Assembly: GCF_042660085.1 (NCBI RefSeq)
Contig: NZ_JBHSTI010000021.1
Location: 1 to 7,147, forward strand
DNA length: 7,147 bases
Direction of reading: 5' to 3'
Origin: Longivirga aurantiaca
Lineage (GTDB): Bacteria; Actinomycetota; Actinomycetes; S36-B12; CAIYMF01
The notes under the pieces: generated by a model
What the model was told of the DNA's origin: nothing
Database searches by the model: none
The model's input: the letters and a program-made list of their open reading frames with translations, nothing else
Shown: positions 5,903 to 7,147 of the stretch, one piece after another
Numbering within the stretch: the first letter of the stretch is position 1
How the letters are laid out: each line of letters opens with the position of its first letter
Made by a program: the position numbers and the translations under genes

Positions 5903-5940
5903 ACGGACGCCGTCCGGGTCACGGACGCACAACAGTCCGT
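5903..5940. promoter_or_regulatory. cluster of four ACGGAC half-sites forming two inverted pairs (candidate operator) in the divergent promoter region
   Basis: aACGGACG-c-CGTCCG-ggtc-ACGGACG-cacaaca-GTCCGT. Half-sites are at 5903..5908 (+), 5911..5916 (rc), 5921..5926 (+) and 5935..5940 (rc). A TACCCT -10-like hexamer for the lipoprotein gene lies at rc 5867..5872. Confidence 0.3.
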
Positions 5941-5986
5941 ACGCCAGCGGCGGGAGCGTGATGCGACGAGCGGCGCGGTGCGGTGC

Positions 5987-6128
5987 CGGTGAAGGGTCAC
6001 GTTGTTGCGCTCTGAGCAACGAAGTCCCCTACTGGGCGAAGGCCTTCGGCCATCGTCGCCCAGCGGGGCAGGTGGGCCCCCGCTGGCGAGGAGGCGGAGC
6101 CGACGAAGCCAGTAGGGGACTTCATCGC
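5987..6128 (+). promoter_or_regulatory. Composite cis-element, copy X (expanded), oriented toward the Alr-like gene. Candidate structured 5'-UTR RNA.
   Basis: CGGTGAAGG-gtcac-GTTGTT-GC-GCTCT-gagcaac-GAAG..., with the same block spacing as copies A and B. GAAGTCCCCTACTGG (6021..6035) pairs perfectly with CCAGTAGGGGACTTC (6109..6123), followed by ATCGC as in copy A. The enclosed 73 nt hold the 12-nt palindrome CGAAGGCCTTCG (6037..6048) and a 9-11 bp GC hairpin (6060..6068 / 6078..6086). The outer helix ends 31 nt before the ATG at 6155. Confidence 0.5.
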
Positions 6129-6154
6129 GAGCGGCGGGACCGTAGGGTCGGGGC

Positions 6155-7147
6155 ATGACGTTCGTGCTGCACGTGGACGGGGCTCGGTGGCGGGCGCACA
6201 CGGGCCGGACGGTCGAGTCGGTGCGGGCGGCGATCGGCTCGCAACCGGCCGGGGACGGCGGCGGCGTGCACGAGCCGGCCCGGCACCTCGCGCCGGGCGA
6301 CCTCGTGCCGGTGGCCAAGGGCAACGGGTACGGCGTCGGCAACGCGCGGCTCCTCGCGGAGGCGGCGCGCCTCGGCCTCACCCGCGTCGCGGTCGGCACG
6401 GTGTTCGAGGCGCACGCGGCCCTCGAGGAGCACGACGGCGACATCCTCGTGCTGGCGCCGTTCGAGCCGGCCGACCCGTACGCCGCCGCGCAGTGGGTCG
6501 AGCTCGCGCACGGACCGCACGCCGACCGCCTCGTCCGCACGGTCGCCTCGCGCGAGGCCTGGCAGTCGCTCGTCGACGGGCCCGGGCCGGCACGGGTCGT
6601 GCTCGAGGGCCTCACCTCGATGGGCCGGTTCGGCATCACGGCCGACGGCCTCTCGGACCTCCTCGCCGAGCAGTCCACCGTCACCGCGCTCACCGGTCGC
6701 CGCATCCGGCTCGAGGGCCTCGCGCTGCACCTCCCGCTCACCCAGCCGAGCCCCGACCACCGCGCCGTGCCCGGCGCCCGGTGGAAGGACGCCGGCGTCG
6801 CCCCCGAGCCGCCGCACGGCTCGAGCGCACGCGTGCGCGAGGCGCTCGCGTGGGGGCTCGGCTGGCAGAGCGCCCTCGCCGACCTCTCCGAGCGCGTCAC
6901 GGCCACCGGCGATTCCGAGGCCGTCACCGAGCTCACCGAGGCGGCCTCGCTCTGGGTCAGCCACCTCGACGACGTCGAGCTCGTCAGCCTGCGCGGCGCG
7001 CTCCCCGACATCGCGATCTTCCCGCGCATCGGCACGCGCCTCTGGCTCGGCGACCGCGGCGCGCTGGTCGCCCGCGGCACGGTGCTAGCCGTGCACGGAG
7101 TCCGCAAGGGGCAGACCAGCGGCTACCGCCAGCGCCGGGCCTCGCGC
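6155..7147 (+). CDS. alanine racemase-fold (PLP-binding barrel) protein, first 331 codons (3' end runs off the right window edge)
   Basis: Not in the supplied track because there is no stop in the window. ATG 6155 follows an in-frame TAG at 6143. The product reads MTFVLHVDGARWRAHTGRTVESVRAAIG...LVPVAKGNGYGVGNARLLAEAARLGLTRVAVGTVFEAHAALEEHDGDILVLAP...VVLEGLTSMGRFGI...LEGLALHLPL...GTVLAVHGVRKGQTSGYRQR. VAKGNGYG matches the Alr PLP-lysine motif (V-K-A-N-A-Y-G-H-G type). Third-codon G/C is very high throughout. Confidence 0.8.
   Translation, partial: MTFVLHVDGARWRAHTGRTVESVRAAIGSQPAGDGGGVHEPARHLAPGDLVPVAKGNGYGVGNARLLAEAARLGLTRVAVGTVFEAHAALEEHDGDILVLAPFEPADPYAAAQWVELAHGPHADRLVRTVASREAWQSLVDGPGPARVVLEGLTSMGRFGITADGLSDLLAEQSTVTALTGRRIRLEGLALHLPLTQPSPDHRAVPGARWKDAGVAPEPPHGSSARVREALAWGLGWQSALADLSERVTATGDSEAVTELTEAASLWVSHLDDVELVSLRGALPDIAIFPRIGTRLWLGDRGALVARGTVLAVHGVRKGQTSGYRQRRASR

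Noticed and set aside
5872-5992. 39-codon plus-strand open frame ending at the TGA inside the GGTGAAGG block of copy X
   Set aside because: GAGGG lies only 1 nt before the ATG, which is too close for a normal RBS. Third-position G/C is about 33/39, only mildly above background. I mention it under the alternative-pairing finding but do not call it a gene.
1946-6128. Housekeeping or ECF sigma promoter hidden in the conserved blocks (TTGTTC/TTGTTG as -35, or GTT as an ECF -10)
   Set aside because: No TAnnnT lies 16-19 nt downstream of the TTGxxx hexamer in any copy. No conserved GGAAC/GGAAT lies 16-18 nt upstream of GTT. It cannot be excluded for an uncharacterised sigma factor.
5045-6158. ORFs 5045..6019 (-), 5092..5847 (+), 5144..5485 (+), 5489..5992 (+) and 5766..6158 (+)
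   Set aside because: These are shadows of the lipoprotein gene, or they run through the intergenic region without RBS or homology.
5806-7107. Upstream 434 codons of the 670-aa minus-strand ORF
   Set aside because: This is antisense shadow of the Alr-like gene plus intergenic DNA, with an Arg/Ser/Pro-rich translation. The real gene begins at 5805 with a clean signal peptide and lipobox.
1-7147. A novel multi-gene protein system (defence, toxin-antitoxin, secretion, biosynthetic cluster)
   Set aside because: Every substantial ORF is accounted for by a housekeeping or cell-wall function. There are no orphan large proteins and no nuclease, ATPase or RT domains out of context. There is also no compositional island. 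Only the short cis-elements are low-GC.

Overview
High-GC window (about 70%+ by eye), almost certainly actinobacterial chromosomal core rather than an accessory island. On the minus strand is the conserved rpsF-ssb-rpsR-rplI operon (1..1768). Next come a 59-codon Ala-rich ORF absent from the track, a gutted PatB/MalY-type aminotransferase pseudogene, exonuclease III (xthA), a FemAB-family peptidoglycan branch transferase, a convergent secreted lipoprotein, and a divergent alanine-racemase-fold gene that runs off the right edge. Three real coding regions are missing from the supplied ORF track: rplI and the Alr-like gene have no stop in the window, and the 59-aa ORF is probably below the track's size cutoff. 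Many long track ORFs are off-frame or antisense shadows typical of high-GC DNA. I see no tRNA, rRNA, CRISPR, transposase, integrase or recognisable defence genes, and no evidence for a novel multi-gene protein system. The most interesting signal is non-coding. A composite low-GC cis-element recurs at least three times, with consensus C[GC]GTGA[AT]GG-N5-[AG]TTGTT-N2-GCTCT-N7-GAAG-(stem-loop)-CTTCATC followed by G-runs. Each copy points into a downstream gene: the rpsF operon, xthA and the Alr-like gene. Two copies share a 36-nt core that is 100% identical, and they sit in inverted orientation around an 893-bp segment. The third copy has its hairpin expanded to a 103-nt structure closed by a 15-bp perfect helix. 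I cannot match it to any RNA family, operator or promoter class I know.
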